Below are positions 9,180 to 18,855 of a stretch of 64,000 nucleotides of DNA, piece by piece (the first letter of the stretch is position 1; every line of letters begins with the position of its first letter). Both the position numbers and the translations under genes were made by a program. The DNA is taken from the sequence record MZ574431.2; one strand, 5' to 3'. The notes beneath the pieces were generated by a model. That model was not told the DNA's origin. It was given only the letters and a program-made list of their open reading frames with translations, and ran no database searches.

Positions 9180-9680
9180 ATGAACGACCAATATCCGCCC
9201 CTGACCGATGGCCAGCAAGCGGCCCTGGTCGCCTTCGCCGACCAGCATGGCGGCCTGGGCGAGGCCTGGAAGGAAGCCCTCGGCGACGCCTGGAGGACGT
9301 GCAGCGAGCCCGAGGCCCTCAAGGCCGACCTGCGAACCATCCGCAACACCTATGGCCCCTCCTGGCTCTATGATGAATATGCCTGGGGCTGGCGCCCGAC
9401 CCTGCCGGAGTGGGAGCGCGCCGGGCGCTGGACCGACACCCCGCCGCAGCCGACGCCGGGCAAGGCCCGCTGGAGCGCGTCGTTCGACCCGCCGGCCATC
9501 GGCGAGCGCGTCCGGGTGACCACCAACGGCCTGGGCTGGGCGAGGGTCACCGGCTACTTCGTCGAAGGCGACTGGCTGGGCGTGATCGTCAAGCTTGAAG
9601 CCCCGGCCGACTGGTATGTCAAGCAGAACGGCGGCAACGTCCCCGGCCACAGCTTCGGAACCGAAATCGCCCTGGATTAA
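9180..9680 (+). CDS. hypothetical early protein
   Basis: Leader identical to that of gene 4766; WKEAL...IRNTYGPSWL motif. Confidence 0.85.
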   Translation: MNDQYPPLTDGQQAALVAFADQHGGLGEAWKEALGDAWRTCSEPEALKADLRTIRNTYGPSWLYDEYAWGWRPTLPEWERAGRWTDTPPQPTPGKARWSASFDPPAIGERVRVTTNGLGWARVTGYFVEGDWLGVIVKLEAPADWYVKQNGGNVPGHSFGTEIALD

Positions 9681-9892
9681 CCATCTGGGACTAGCCTGGG
9701 CGGCCCTGGCTGGGAAACCAGCCGGGGCGCAAGGCCGCCGGCCGGCGTTAAGGTTAACCTCTCTCGCCCGGCAGTTAAGGTTAAACCCGCCGCCCAGGCC
9801 GTTAACCAAGGCGCCCAAGAAAGTGCAAGAAAGCTGTTGACAAGCATCTAGGCCACATGCGACAAGAGGGCATCACAACGGGAGACACCCCC

Positions 9893-10746
9893 ATGACCAC
9901 CGCCCCGCGCCTGTTCGCCGATCTCGACGACCTCGCCAAGACCACCTATGTCGTCCGCATCGTCGACAACGGCGGCGAGAGCGCCGACCGTTACACGATC
10001 GTCACCGCCGACGGCGACTATTACGCCTACAGCGCCAACCCCGGCCATCCCCAAGGCGTGGGCCTGTCGGGCGAAGGCATCGACCCCAAGTGCTGGCCAC
10101 CTGGGTTGAGCGCGGCGAGGCCGTGGACCTCACCCTAGGCGAGCTTCCCGAGGCCGCCGCAAGGTGCCTGCTGGGCTCGCTGAACCAGTCTTTCGAGGAC
10201 TTCCTGAAAGCCGTCGAGGACGGCGCCCGCGACGCCGTGGCCCCGACTCGCGAAAAGGCCTCGATCCATGACGGCTCTTACGACTCGTTCGGCAAGGGCC
10301 TCTATCGGGTCGGTGAGGCCCTGGCCATCCGCCGCGACGGCGACGACGCGGGCGACGATCTAGGCCCCTACATGACCGCCGTCGAGGCGGTCAAGAACAC
10401 CCTCCCCGATGAATACGCCTTCGCCGGCGAGGAATATCTGTCGCCCCGCGACATGACCTTGACCGAGCCGGTCGCCAAGCCGCTGGCCCTGGTCCACGCC
10501 CTGGAGGCCATTCGTGACTATGAATATCAGCGCGACAACCCCGGCTCGTTCTTCGACGGCCTCAACGAGGACGACACTGACGCGGGCCTGGGGACCGATC
10601 GCCGTATCGCCTACCTCAACGCCGTGACCAGTGATGCGCGCATCGTGTCGCGGATCGGCGAGGCCGACGCCCTGGCCCTGGCCCATGAGTGCCTCGCCGA
10701 ACTGTGGACCCTCGCCCAAGAGCGTTGGGAAGAGGCCAAGGCCTAA
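9893..10746 (+). pseudogene. hypothetical protein split by an apparent 1-nt deletion in the C-run near 10084-10087
   Basis: GEGIDP in frame 9893 continues as QVLATWVERGEAVD in frame 10090 if one C is added. Confidence 0.65.
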
Positions 10747-10757
10747 GACTCCTGCAT

Positions 10758-10788
10758 CGCCCCGGCCTCATCGCCGGGGCGTCTTTTT
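10758..10788 (+). terminator. intrinsic terminator
   Basis: CGCCCCGGC/GCCGGGGCG stem plus T5. Confidence 0.8.
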
Positions 10789-10934
10789 GACCACCGCCTG
10801 GGGTTAACCCTAACGCGACGTTAAGGTTAACCCCGGCGGCCCAGGCCTTAACCATCTTTTCCCGCAAGAAAGCTGTTGACGGCATGGCATGGACATGCGA
10901 TGTCACAGAAACACCGAACGGGAGACACCCCCTC

Positions 10935-11900
10935 ATGACCACCTATCGGACGACCACCCGCCCCGACCGCCTGACGCAGATGGCGTTTTTCTCGTTCGAC
11001 GCCCTGCGCTCGGACTCGCCCTTCGCCGTCAAGCCCGCCTGTGGCAAGGCGCCGCGCGAGCGCGCCCTGGAGGACTTCGACCCGGCCGTGATGTTCACCA
11101 TCAAGCCGCGCGATCGCGGCGACGGCTACACCGCCCATGCCAATTTCGGCGGCTCTGAGGTGTCGTGGATCAGCATCGCCGGCTATGGCCTCACCGAGGA
11201 GGCCGCCCGCGCTGATCTCCTCGCCCGGTTCATCGCCGATCGCAACGGCGAGGGCAAATATGGCCCTCATGAGCCGCTGCATGGCTATGCCTGGACCAGC
11301 CAACTGGCGCCGTACTGGGATTTGCTGGAGCGTGAGGCGGCCATTCGCCAGCCCTTCGCCCGCACTCTCTATCTGGGCAAGCTCAAGTCGGGCCGCCCCA
11401 ATCCCAAGGGCTTTGACGTGTTCGTCGATGTCACATGGACCGGCGAGCGCCTGACGCTGTCGGGCGTCATTGGCCCCAAGGCTAACGGCAATTCCTGGGG
11501 CGGCTGTGGCCAGATCATCGACAGTCTGGAGCGCAAGGCCTTCCTCGAATTCGCCCCGTCCTGGCATTATGACAGCGCCCTGACGGGCCTTGTGCAGGCC
11601 TGGACGCGCTGGCATTTGAACGACCTTCGCGCCGGCTCGCCGGCTCAGGAAAAGCACCTGCGCCACTATCAGGCCAAGCTCAACATTGAGCAGGCCATGA
11701 CCGCCGGCGCCCATCATCTGGACGCCACCCGCGCCGAACTGGCGCGCGTGGGCCTGGAGCCTGACCCCTACCACCGCCACGGCGTCGGCTCCAAGGCCTA
11801 CAGCTACGGCAGCGGCTGGCTGAAAGAGGAGGTTCCAACCCACGTTCTGGACTTCCTGCGCAACCTACCCGCCCCCATCAAACAAAGCCCCTGGAGGTAA
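10935..11900 (+). CDS. hypothetical early protein (321 aa)
   Basis: GGGAGACACCCCCTC-ATG; GGCGQI and WHLNDLRAG motifs. Confidence 0.85.
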   Translation: MTTYRTTTRPDRLTQMAFFSFDALRSDSPFAVKPACGKAPRERALEDFDPAVMFTIKPRDRGDGYTAHANFGGSEVSWISIAGYGLTEEAARADLLARFIADRNGEGKYGPHEPLHGYAWTSQLAPYWDLLEREAAIRQPFARTLYLGKLKSGRPNPKGFDVFVDVTWTGERLTLSGVIGPKANGNSWGGCGQIIDSLERKAFLEFAPSWHYDSALTGLVQAWTRWHLNDLRAGSPAQEKHLRHYQAKLNIEQAMTAGAHHLDATRAELARVGLEPDPYHRHGVGSKAYSYGSGWLKEEVPTHVLDFLRNLPAPIKQSPWR

Positions 11901-11904
11901 TCGC

Positions 11905-12293
11905 ATGGCCCTAAACACCGCCGGCCTCGTCGCCCGTCTGCGCGAGGTTCTCGCCGCCGCCCGTCCCTGACCGAATGGGCCAAGGGGCGCGGTCTACAGC
12001 ATCAAAACGTGTCCGCCGTGGCGCGTGGCGACACCGTGCCGCAAACCTCGATCGCCACGGCCCTGGGCTTGCGCCGGGTGACCATCCAAGCCTATCTGGC
12101 GCCCAGTGAAGCCCTGCCCCTGCTTCCGCCGGGCTGGGAAGAGGTGCAGCCCGGATCGGCGACCCCGGTCGGCTGGACCCCTCGCGACAAGGCCGCCCAA
12201 CCCATCCCGCAAAGCGGTTCGGCCGATCGCGCCGCCCGCGCCATCCGCCTGGAGCGGCTGCGAAACGAAAAAGAAATGCGAGAAAGCCGTTGA
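11905..12293 (+). pseudogene. Cro/XRE-like helix-turn-helix protein split by an apparent 1-nt deletion at 11960-11962
   Basis: GGAGG SD; MALNTAGLVARLREVLAAA joins PSLTEWAKGRGLQHQNVSAVARGDTVPQTSIATALGL (HTH pattern) with one extra C. Confidence 0.6.
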
Positions 12294-12343
12294 CAGCATA
12301 ACAAGGCCATGCGACAAAGCCTCATCAACTGAGGAGCGCCGCC

Positions 12344-12562
12344 ATGGCCTATGCTCAAGCCTTCGTCGTCAACGCCTACATCAACGCTCATGTCGAGGAA
12401 ATCGCCTATAGCGCCATGATGGAAGACCGCGCCGCCGAGGAACTCGACGGCCTGGACTTTGGCGACCGCTGTTACTACGGCGACCGCGCTTATACGGAAC
12501 AAAGGATGCTGGAGCGCTACGCCCTGGCCGCCGCTGATCTTCACCCCATCCTCTACGCCTGA
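12344..12562 (+). CDS. hypothetical early protein
   Basis: GAGGAG SD after promoter 12290. Confidence 0.8.
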   Translation: MAYAQAFVVNAYINAHVEEIAYSAMMEDRAAEELDGLDFGDRCYYGDRAYTEQRMLERYALAAADLHPILYA

Positions 12563-12576
12563 AAGGAGGGCGTTCC

Positions 12577-12969
12577 ATGGCTAAGAAAAAGCTTCCGACG
12601 CCAAACCCGTATCGCCGCTACAGCGTCGAGGGCCTGGACGCGGCGACGAAGGCCGCCCGCCGTCCTTCGCGCGCCTGCATCCGCCATCACGTGGAAGAGG
12701 CCGCCAAGCGCCGCGCCGACGCCCTGGCCGCCCTGGCCAGCAAGACCCGCGTTTCGCGCGCCTCGACGATGAGCCTCCAGATGTGGCAAGAGGCCGCCAC
12801 CGTCTCGCTCCACATCCTGGCGCGCAAGGCCCTGGAATACCATCGCATGAGAGCGTTCGCCGTCTCCAGCGGCGGCGGCTCCTACGCCCCGAGCGGCTGG
12901 CCTCTCGACCGCCACGCCCGCGACCAATGGGCCGCCCTCAACCCTCAAGCTTTCAGCGAGGCCGCATGA
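12577..12969 (+). CDS. hypothetical basic Ala/Arg-rich protein
   Basis: AAGGAGG SD. Confidence 0.8.
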   Translation: MAKKKLPTPNPYRRYSVEGLDAATKAARRPSRACIRHHVEEAAKRRADALAALASKTRVSRASTMSLQMWQEAATVSLHILARKALEYHRMRAFAVSSGGGSYAPSGWPLDRHARDQWAALNPQAFSEAA

Positions 12970-13178
12970 CCCTGACCTATCGCACCGACTACACGCCCGA
13001 CGACGGCAAGACCATCGAGGTCAGCGACCCGATGACGCGTGAGCAGGCCATGCGGCAAGCCGCCTACCTGTCGCGCACCTACGGGACCGCCTACGCCATC
13101 GCCAGCGACGGCAAACGCGACACCGGCCAAAGGGTCTATCAAGACGGCCGGTTCGCCTACCAAGACGACAAGTTCTAA
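12966..13178 (+). CDS. hypothetical early protein
   Basis: ATGA overlap with previous gene. Confidence 0.8.
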   Translation: MTLTYRTDYTPDDGKTIEVSDPMTREQAMRQAAYLSRTYGTAYAIASDGKRDTGQRVYQDGRFAYQDDKF

Positions 13179-13180
13179 GG

Positions 13181-13207
13181 AAGGGCCTGGAGCGATCCGG
13201 GCCTTTT
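13181..13207 (+). terminator. intrinsic terminator (near-identical copy at 15923-15949)
   Basis: AGGGCCTGGAGCGATCCGGGCCTTTT present twice. Confidence 0.8.
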
Positions 13208-13348
13208 CATCGCCGGCCGGCGTTAACCCTAACGCGGCGTTAAGGTTAACCCTGGGACGCGGGGCGTAAACCAAGGAAAATGCAAGAAAGCTGTTGACAC
13301 GCATCGAAGGACCATGCGACAAAGGCTCACCAACAACGGAGAGCCCCG

Positions 13349-13906
13349 ATGCTCGACCACCCGCTGATCGTCACCGCCCTGGCCAATCTTCGCGAAGGCC
13401 CCGGCATGACCAATTCCGCCGATCGTCAGACCAAGGTCACGAGTCATCAACTGACCACGGCGATCATGCTCAAGGCCGCCGACCAGATCGCCCAAGCCCT
13501 GGGCGACCTCACCCCGCCGCCCTGCCTGGGCTATTTCCTCGCCAACGAGTTTGATCGCCTGGGAGACACCTGGGGCGACTTCATGACCGCCTTCGACGAA
13601 GGTCAGGCCCTTGCGGATGCTGACGAGGTGCTGGCGTGGTATCGCCGCACCGTCCGCGACGATCCCGAGGGCTACGCCGAGCGCATGGACGGCGCCTTGC
13701 CCAACGCCGCCACCCGAGCCCAGATCGAATCCGACTACGCCGCCGCCAAGGCCGGCGGCCGGTTCATCGTGGTTCACGGCAAGACCGGCTCGCAGTACGG
13801 CGACCGCCTGTCGCAACGCTTCGCCACCTACGAGGCGGCCGAAGAAGCCTGCGCCCCCTACCGCAAGCCCGGAACCTGGGCTTATGTCGATGAGGCCGCC
13901 TCGTGA
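13349..13906 (+). CDS. hypothetical early protein
   Basis: GGAG SD after promoter 13294. Confidence 0.85.
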   Translation: MLDHPLIVTALANLREGPGMTNSADRQTKVTSHQLTTAIMLKAADQIAQALGDLTPPPCLGYFLANEFDRLGDTWGDFMTAFDEGQALADADEVLAWYRRTVRDDPEGYAERMDGALPNAATRAQIESDYAAAKAGGRFIVVHGKTGSQYGDRLSQRFATYEAAEEACAPYRKPGTWAYVDEAAS

Positions 13907-14304
13907 CCAAGTTCGAGCGCCTGGACGGCTTCACGCAAGCCTTCATTTCGTCGATGGTGACGGGCAAGCCCTACGGCTTCGCCGACCTGTCGCCCGACGC
14001 CCTGGCCCGCATCATCGCCGATTGCGAGGCCTTCCAATGCGGGCGCCTGGACAAGCCCGCCCGCATGGTCTTTGGCCGCACGCCGCCGGCCACCACCGCC
14101 GTCATGGCCGTGGTCCGGGGCTCCCTGTGCTGGCACGCCGGCCGGCACTTCTGGTTGTCGCGCCAAGGCCTGCCCGACGGCTTCGACCAGAGCGAGGCCT
14201 TCGCCGGGACCTGGGCGCCGCTGCTGCACAAGCTGGCCCTGACCTTCCCGCCCCTCACCGTTCACCAAGACGCCCAAGGCGTCGTCACCGTCTCGGAGGC
14301 CTGA
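13903..14304 (+). CDS. hypothetical protein, paralog of 21884..22540
   Basis: GTGA overlap; shares IIADCEAFQ and [11 protein letters not shown] motifs. Confidence 0.8.
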   Translation: MTKFERLDGFTQAFISSMVTGKPYGFADLSPDALARIIADCEAFQCGRLDKPARMVFGRTPPATTAVMAVVRGSLCWHAGRHFWLSRQGLPDGFDQSEAFAGTWAPLLHKLALTFPPLTVHQDAQGVVTVSEA

Positions 14305-14306
14305 CC

Positions 14307-14942
14307 GTGGACCGCATCGAATCCGCCACCCGCGCCGTGGACACCTTCGTAGGCGCCACGTGCGCCCCCGCCTCCATGTTCGGGCATCTGCGAGACGACG
14401 ACGCCCGCGACGGCGCGCTCTGCGAACTGCTGCGCAATCTGCGCCACTTCGCCGACACCTACGGCCTGGACTTCGCCGCCCTGGACGCCCGCGCCGGCCG
14501 GCTCTACGAGGGCGACACCGCCCAACTCGGGACCCTCGTTCTCGACGAGTCGGCCTGGAGCGCCTACGGCGACACCCTGGACACGCGCCGCGCGGCGATC
14601 GCCGCCGCCCTGCTGGCCAAGGACCACGCCGAACCGTCCGCCAGCCGCGAGGAGGCCGAAACCGAGGCCATGACCGATCACGCCGCCGTCGTCGGAACCG
14701 TGATCCGGGTAAACGACATCACCGGCTATTACGGCGAGACCGGGCAAGAGGACTTGCGCCCCCATGACGGCGCCCCGCCCTTCGCCGTCGTCGTCATGCC
14801 CTCGCCGCGCGATGATGTCATCTACTGGAATGACGAGCATCTGGACGCGCGATGGAACGTCGAGCCCGCGCCGGGCGAAACCCGCCTCTATGGCCTGCGC
14901 TCGCTCTGGGTCTTTGGCCGCTCTTTCGTCGTGGAGGGCTGA
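14307..14942 (+). CDS. hypothetical early protein
   Basis: GGAGG SD, GTG start within track ORF 13611..14942. Confidence 0.8.
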   Translation: MDRIESATRAVDTFVGATCAPASMFGHLRDDDARDGALCELLRNLRHFADTYGLDFAALDARAGRLYEGDTAQLGTLVLDESAWSAYGDTLDTRRAAIAAALLAKDHAEPSASREEAETEAMTDHAAVVGTVIRVNDITGYYGETGQEDLRPHDGAPPFAVVVMPSPRDDVIYWNDEHLDARWNVEPAPGETRLYGLRSLWVFGRSFVVEG

Positions 14943-14944
14943 TC

Positions 14945-15088
14945 ATGACCAGCCTGCAACGCGCCGGCTACGAGGCCCAGCGCGCTGGCGTCAAGTGGTG
15001 GCACAACCCGCACCCGTCGGGCTCCCCCGCCGCCTATCAATGGGACGAGGGCCACACCTTCGCCCGCCGTTCGATCACCCCCGTCTAG
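14945..15088 (+). CDS. Rmf/CrpP-like small protein (47 aa)
   Basis: GGAGG SD; RAGYEAQRAG..NPHPSGSPAAYQWDEGH resembles the Rmf-type GY.A...G...PY...W..GW pattern. Confidence 0.5.
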   Translation: MTSLQRAGYEAQRAGVKWWHNPHPSGSPAAYQWDEGHTFARRSITPV

Positions 15089-15100
15089 GAAAGGCCACCC

Positions 15101-15397
15101 ATGACCGAAGAACCGATTCGCCTGCGCTCCGAGCCCGCCAACATGACCACCGTCGCCGTGGGCGGGGTGCTGCTGTACTTCTCATATCTGACCCTGGTGG
15201 GCTTCCGCTGCCCGCGCCTGGGAACCGTCGTCAATCCCGAGGGCCGGGCCAAGTCCAAGACCACCGCCGCCCACATGACCCACTTTGGCCTCAACGCGCT
15301 GGGAACGGGTCAATGCAGCACTGAAGAAGACTTTCAGACCCTGGCCATGGGTGCGGTCATGGGTTCGAGCGGCCCTGATCACCTGTTGCTCAACTAA
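15101..15397 (+). CDS. hypothetical early protein
   Basis: AGGAAAGG SD. Confidence 0.8.
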   Translation: MTEEPIRLRSEPANMTTVAVGGVLLYFSYLTLVGFRCPRLGTVVNPEGRAKSKTTAAHMTHFGLNALGTGQCSTEEDFQTLAMGAVMGSSGPDHLLLN

Positions 15398-15512
15398 AGA
15401 CCTCTCCAAGGTCTTGGGCTGTCATCTTCCCGTTAGACTATGACAGCCCAGCCCCCGCGAACACTTCCCAACACTCGAAAACACAACCCTGTGTAGAAAG
15501 CGATTCCAAGTA

Positions 15513-15575
15513 ATGCGTTTGATCGAAGGCGGCGGCTTCCTGGCTTTGTGCTTCCTGCTGTGGCTGCTGCACTGA
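15513..15575 (+). CDS. possible 20-aa hydrophobic peptide
   Basis: MRLIEGGGFLALCFLLWLLH*; no clear SD. Confidence 0.25.
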   Translation: MRLIEGGGFLALCFLLWLLH

Positions 15576-15650
15576 GAAAACTGCAAGAAGGCTGTTGACA
15601 GCATCGAGAGCCCATGCGACAAAGGCCCATCGCAACCGGAGACCGCCGCG

Positions 15651-15917
15651 ATGGCCACCGACTACGACGATTACGGGCAAGACGCCTACGACAATTACGA
15701 AGGCTCTGTCATTGACGAGGCTTTCGAGCGCAACGCCGAAGACGCCTATGAGGACGACCTGGGCGCCGAAGACCCCGACCTCGAATTCCCCGACGAGGAG
15801 GACGACGAGGCCGACCTTCGCCGGGCCGAAGGGCTCATGCCCTGGGCCACCCCCGAGGGCGTGGAGCCGGGGCAGTTCCCCCGCCGCGCCTACGACGACG
15901 ACGAAATCCCGTTCTAG
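15651..15917 (+). CDS. very acidic protein ending in an SSB C-terminal-like tail (DDDEIPF)
   Basis: About 32 of 88 residues are D/E; GGAG SD after promoter 15595; no OB-fold-like sequence. Confidence 0.8.
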   Translation: MATDYDDYGQDAYDNYEGSVIDEAFERNAEDAYEDDLGAEDPDLEFPDEEDDEADLRRAEGLMPWATPEGVEPGQFPRRAYDDDEIPF

Positions 15918-16119
15918 CGGGGAGGGCCTGGAGCGATCCGGGCCTTTTTCGCGCCGGCCAGCGTTAACCTTAACGCGCGCTTAAGGTTAACCCCGCCCGG
16001 ACCGTTTTTCGTTTTGGCTGTCGGGCGGGATTTCGTTTTGTCTGTCGAGTGCAAGAAAGCTGTTGACACGCATCGCAGCCCCATGCGACAAAGGCTCATC
16101 ACCAACGGAGGCCTTTTTC

Positions 16120-16419
16120 ATGGCCAGCTACGAGATCACCATTTCGGTTGACGTGTCGGTCGAGGACATCGAACTCCTTTACGCCGCCGCCCTGGCCCGC
16201 GCCAAGCAAGAGGGTCAACCCGACGACAACGCCGTCGCCCTGCTGACCAATAGCGACCCGCTGGGCCGCCCTGACGTGCCGTCCTGCCTCATGATGCTGT
16301 TCGATCCGGGCGTGAGCCCTGACGGCACCTCGATCAACAACACCGCCGCCAAGCGCGCGGAGTACGACGAGGACGAGGACATGGACGCCTACGAGGAATC
16401 CCTGGAGGACGACAAGTGA
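16120..16419 (+). CDS. hypothetical early protein
   Basis: GGAGG SD after promoter 16063. Confidence 0.8.
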   Translation: MASYEITISVDVSVEDIELLYAAALARAKQEGQPDDNAVALLTNSDPLGRPDVPSCLMMLFDPGVSPDGTSINNTAAKRAEYDEDEDMDAYEESLEDDK

Positions 16420-16871
16420 GCTATTCCGGCCCCATCACCATCAGCCAAGGTCTGCGCTGGCGCCTCGATAGCTACGGCAACGGCGCGGCCTATGCCTTCT
16501 ACGACCTTTCGGCCGGCGCCAGCGTCTGGCTTGAGGGCGACGACGCCAGCGCCTTCCGCGAGGCCCTCGATACGGTCGAGACCCTGCGTCCGCAAGACGA
16601 GCCTGACGAAATCCTGGGTCATCTCTGGGACGAGCACGACTATGGCGCCGCCGCCACGGTGCAGGTTGTCGTCGTGCGCCGGGTGATCCGTGAAGACACC
16701 GTCATCGCCTTGCGCCCTGGCGAGACCGAAGCGCAAGCCAAGGAACGGGCGATTTTCAATCAATCCTCCCTCAAGTGGGATACCTACGACTGCGAATATA
16801 GCGCCGACCCCGTCACCACCGAGCCGGCCGCCGAATACGACTATCTGCGCCAACTGCCCGGCGCCATCTAA
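16416..16871 (+). CDS. hypothetical early protein
   Basis: GTGA overlap; GGAGG SD. Confidence 0.8.
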   Translation: MSYSGPITISQGLRWRLDSYGNGAAYAFYDLSAGASVWLEGDDASAFREALDTVETLRPQDEPDEILGHLWDEHDYGAAATVQVVVVRRVIREDTVIALRPGETEAQAKERAIFNQSSLKWDTYDCEYSADPVTTEPAAEYDYLRQLPGAI

Positions 16872-17036
16872 GGCCCTGGCCCGCCCTGACCCGGCGGGCC
16901 TTTCTTTCGCCGATCGCCGTTAACCCTAACCGCCCGTTAGGGTTAACGCCAAAGAAACTACAAGAAAGCTGTTGACACGCATAGCGGCCCTATGCGAGAA
17001 CGTCCCTGCCGCATTGGCGGCCTGGAGACCTATGCC

Positions 17037-17615
17037 ATGACCCGCGATTTCGTTCCGCACGTCATCACCGCCCGCACCATCGACGGCGCCTGCTATTTCA
17101 TCGGCGGCCAGACCTATGGCGATCACCTGGGCCACGCCCGCGTCATGACCAAGGACGACGCCGAACGCCGCGTCGGCGCCCTCCAGCGCCTGGAGCGCGC
17201 CAGCGCCGAGACCCGCCGCGCCAACGACCCCCATGAGGACGACTTTTCGGGCGTCTATGGGCTCGCCGTCGTGGCCACGACCTGGGAAGCCCTGGACAAG
17301 GCCGCCGAGGCGGTCAAGACCTGGGAAGAGGCCGACCTTGCCGCCGAGGAGGCTCACGACGCCCTTTATGACGACTATGACCCGAACGAGGGCATGAGCG
17401 CCGAGGAGATCGCCGCCGAAAGCGCGTGGTGGCGCGAGCAGATGGCCAAGGACCAGCCTTTCGCCCCTGGCCAGTCGGTGACCATCACCGATGAGCTTCA
17501 CCCCGACCACGGCGCCAGCGCCCGCGTCGTCGAAGCCGAGCAATCGGGCTATCTGGTGCTTGCCCTGGGCGAGCGCCTGACCTGGGGCTTGGCCAAGGGC
17601 GTGGCCGCCGCCTAA
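17037..17615 (+). CDS. hypothetical early protein
   Basis: GGAG SD after promoter 16972. Confidence 0.8.
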   Translation: MTRDFVPHVITARTIDGACYFIGGQTYGDHLGHARVMTKDDAERRVGALQRLERASAETRRANDPHEDDFSGVYGLAVVATTWEALDKAAEAVKTWEEADLAAEEAHDALYDDYDPNEGMSAEEIAAESAWWREQMAKDQPFAPGQSVTITDELHPDHGASARVVEAEQSGYLVLALGERLTWGLAKGVAAA

Positions 17616-17617
17616 AG

Positions 17618-17647
17618 AAAAAGGCCCTGGCGAGCGCCGGGGCCTTT
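17618..17647. terminator. bidirectional intrinsic terminator
   Basis: A5-GGCCCTGGC-GAGC-GCCGGGGCC-TTT between convergent genes. Confidence 0.75.
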
Positions 17648-17686
17648 CGATCGTAAGCTGTGATTAACCCTAACGCCGCCTTAAGG

Positions 17687-17923
17687 TTAATCCTTGGCCG
17701 AGCGCCGATGCGGGTTCGAGCGAAGCCATGTGTCGGCTTCGGTGCGGGTCGAGAACGGCGCCCCGCCAATGCCCGTGGTTCCGTCATCCCATTGGATCGT
17801 CCAGCCGACCTGAATGACTTCCCAGTCCTGGGAGACGCCGAACGGGATCGTAGCATGGATAGGGATACGGTTATGGGGCGGGCGCTTGAGTTGGCGCACC
17901 CGCGCCGGGATCACTTGCGGCAT
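17687..17923 (-). CDS. hypothetical protein, the only leftward gene in the early region
   Basis: AGGA SD; own TTGACA-N16-TACTTT promoter; bidirectional terminator downstream. Confidence 0.6.
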   Translation of the reverse strand: MPQVIPARVRQLKRPPHNRIPIHATIPFGVSQDWEVIQVGWTIQWDDGTTGIGGAPFSTRTEADTWLRSNPHRRSAKD

Positions 17924-17965
17924 TGGGATTTCCTGTAGGTCAAGCGGAGGCTTGGGCCATCGAGG

Positions 17966-17993
17966 AAAGTACCACGCCGCCGGCCCATGTCAA
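17966..17993 (-). promoter_or_regulatory. sigma70-type leftward promoter
   Basis: Minus strand TTGACA (17993-17988), 16 nt, TACTTT (17971-17966), with TG extension. Confidence 0.55.
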
Positions 17994-18097
17994 GAACGGC
18001 GCCACGGGTCAAGAATCGCGACTCAAGGCGCAAGAAAACTGTTGACACGCATCGCGCCGCCATGCGACAAAGGCTCAGCACAACAGGGACACCCGCC

Positions 18098-18541
18098 ATG
18101 AACCTCGAAGACTGGTTTTACCCTTCCTCCGACATCTCCAACTCTGACCAGACCATCGACTCCCGCGACGTCATCAAGCGGGTCGATGAACTGCAAGCCG
18201 CTTTCGATGACGCCGAGATCGATCCTGATCAGGTGCTCGCCGACGACGAGCTAGACCTGGGCAAGGACGCCGAGGAAATCCGCGACGCCGCCCAAGAGCT
18301 TAAGGCGCTCAAGGACTTCGCCGAGGAGGGCGAGAACTACGCCGCCGACTGGACGAGCGGCGAAACCCTGATCCGAGAAAGCTATTTCGTCGAGTATGCC
18401 GAGCAGCTTTGCAAGGACATCGGCGACCTGCCCGACAACATCCCCGGCTATCTGGCCATTGACTGGGAAAAGACCGCCAACAACATCAAGGCCGATTACT
18501 CCGAAATCGAGTTTGACGGCGTCACCTATCTGGTCCGCTAA
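18098..18541 (+). CDS. acidic protein with ArdA-like C-terminus (putative DNA mimic)
   Basis: YFVEYAEQLCKDIGDLPDNIPGYLAIDWEKTANNIKADY resembles the ArdA C-terminal pattern; strongly D/E-rich. Confidence 0.5.
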   Translation: MNLEDWFYPSSDISNSDQTIDSRDVIKRVDELQAAFDDAEIDPDQVLADDELDLGKDAEEIRDAAQELKALKDFAEEGENYAADWTSGETLIRESYFVEYAEQLCKDIGDLPDNIPGYLAIDWEKTANNIKADYSEIEFDGVTYLVR

Positions 18542-18855
18542 GGCGAGCGGCCGGCGTCCCCTGGGCGCCGGCCTTTCCCTGGCCACGATCGGTTAACCTT
18601 AACGCCTGGGGCCAGACGGTTAAGGTTAACGCAAGGCCCTGGCGAGGGAACGTCAAGGCCGCGAGCTAGGATTACTCGCGAATGGCTTAGCCGGCGTCCA
18701 GCCGGCGGCGCCTTCGACCACCGCGAGGCGGCCTTGACCCTGACAGTCTCGCCCAAGCGCCGCGCCATGTCAACCGATTTCTTATGTGCAAGAAACCTGT
18801 TGACAGCATGTCCGCCCCATGCGAGAAAGCCTCATCATTCACTGGGAACGACCCC

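Noticed and set aside
7094-11962. Classical programmed -1 frameshifts
   Set aside because: No X XXY YYZ slippery heptamer or obvious downstream stimulator; sequencing error is the simpler explanation
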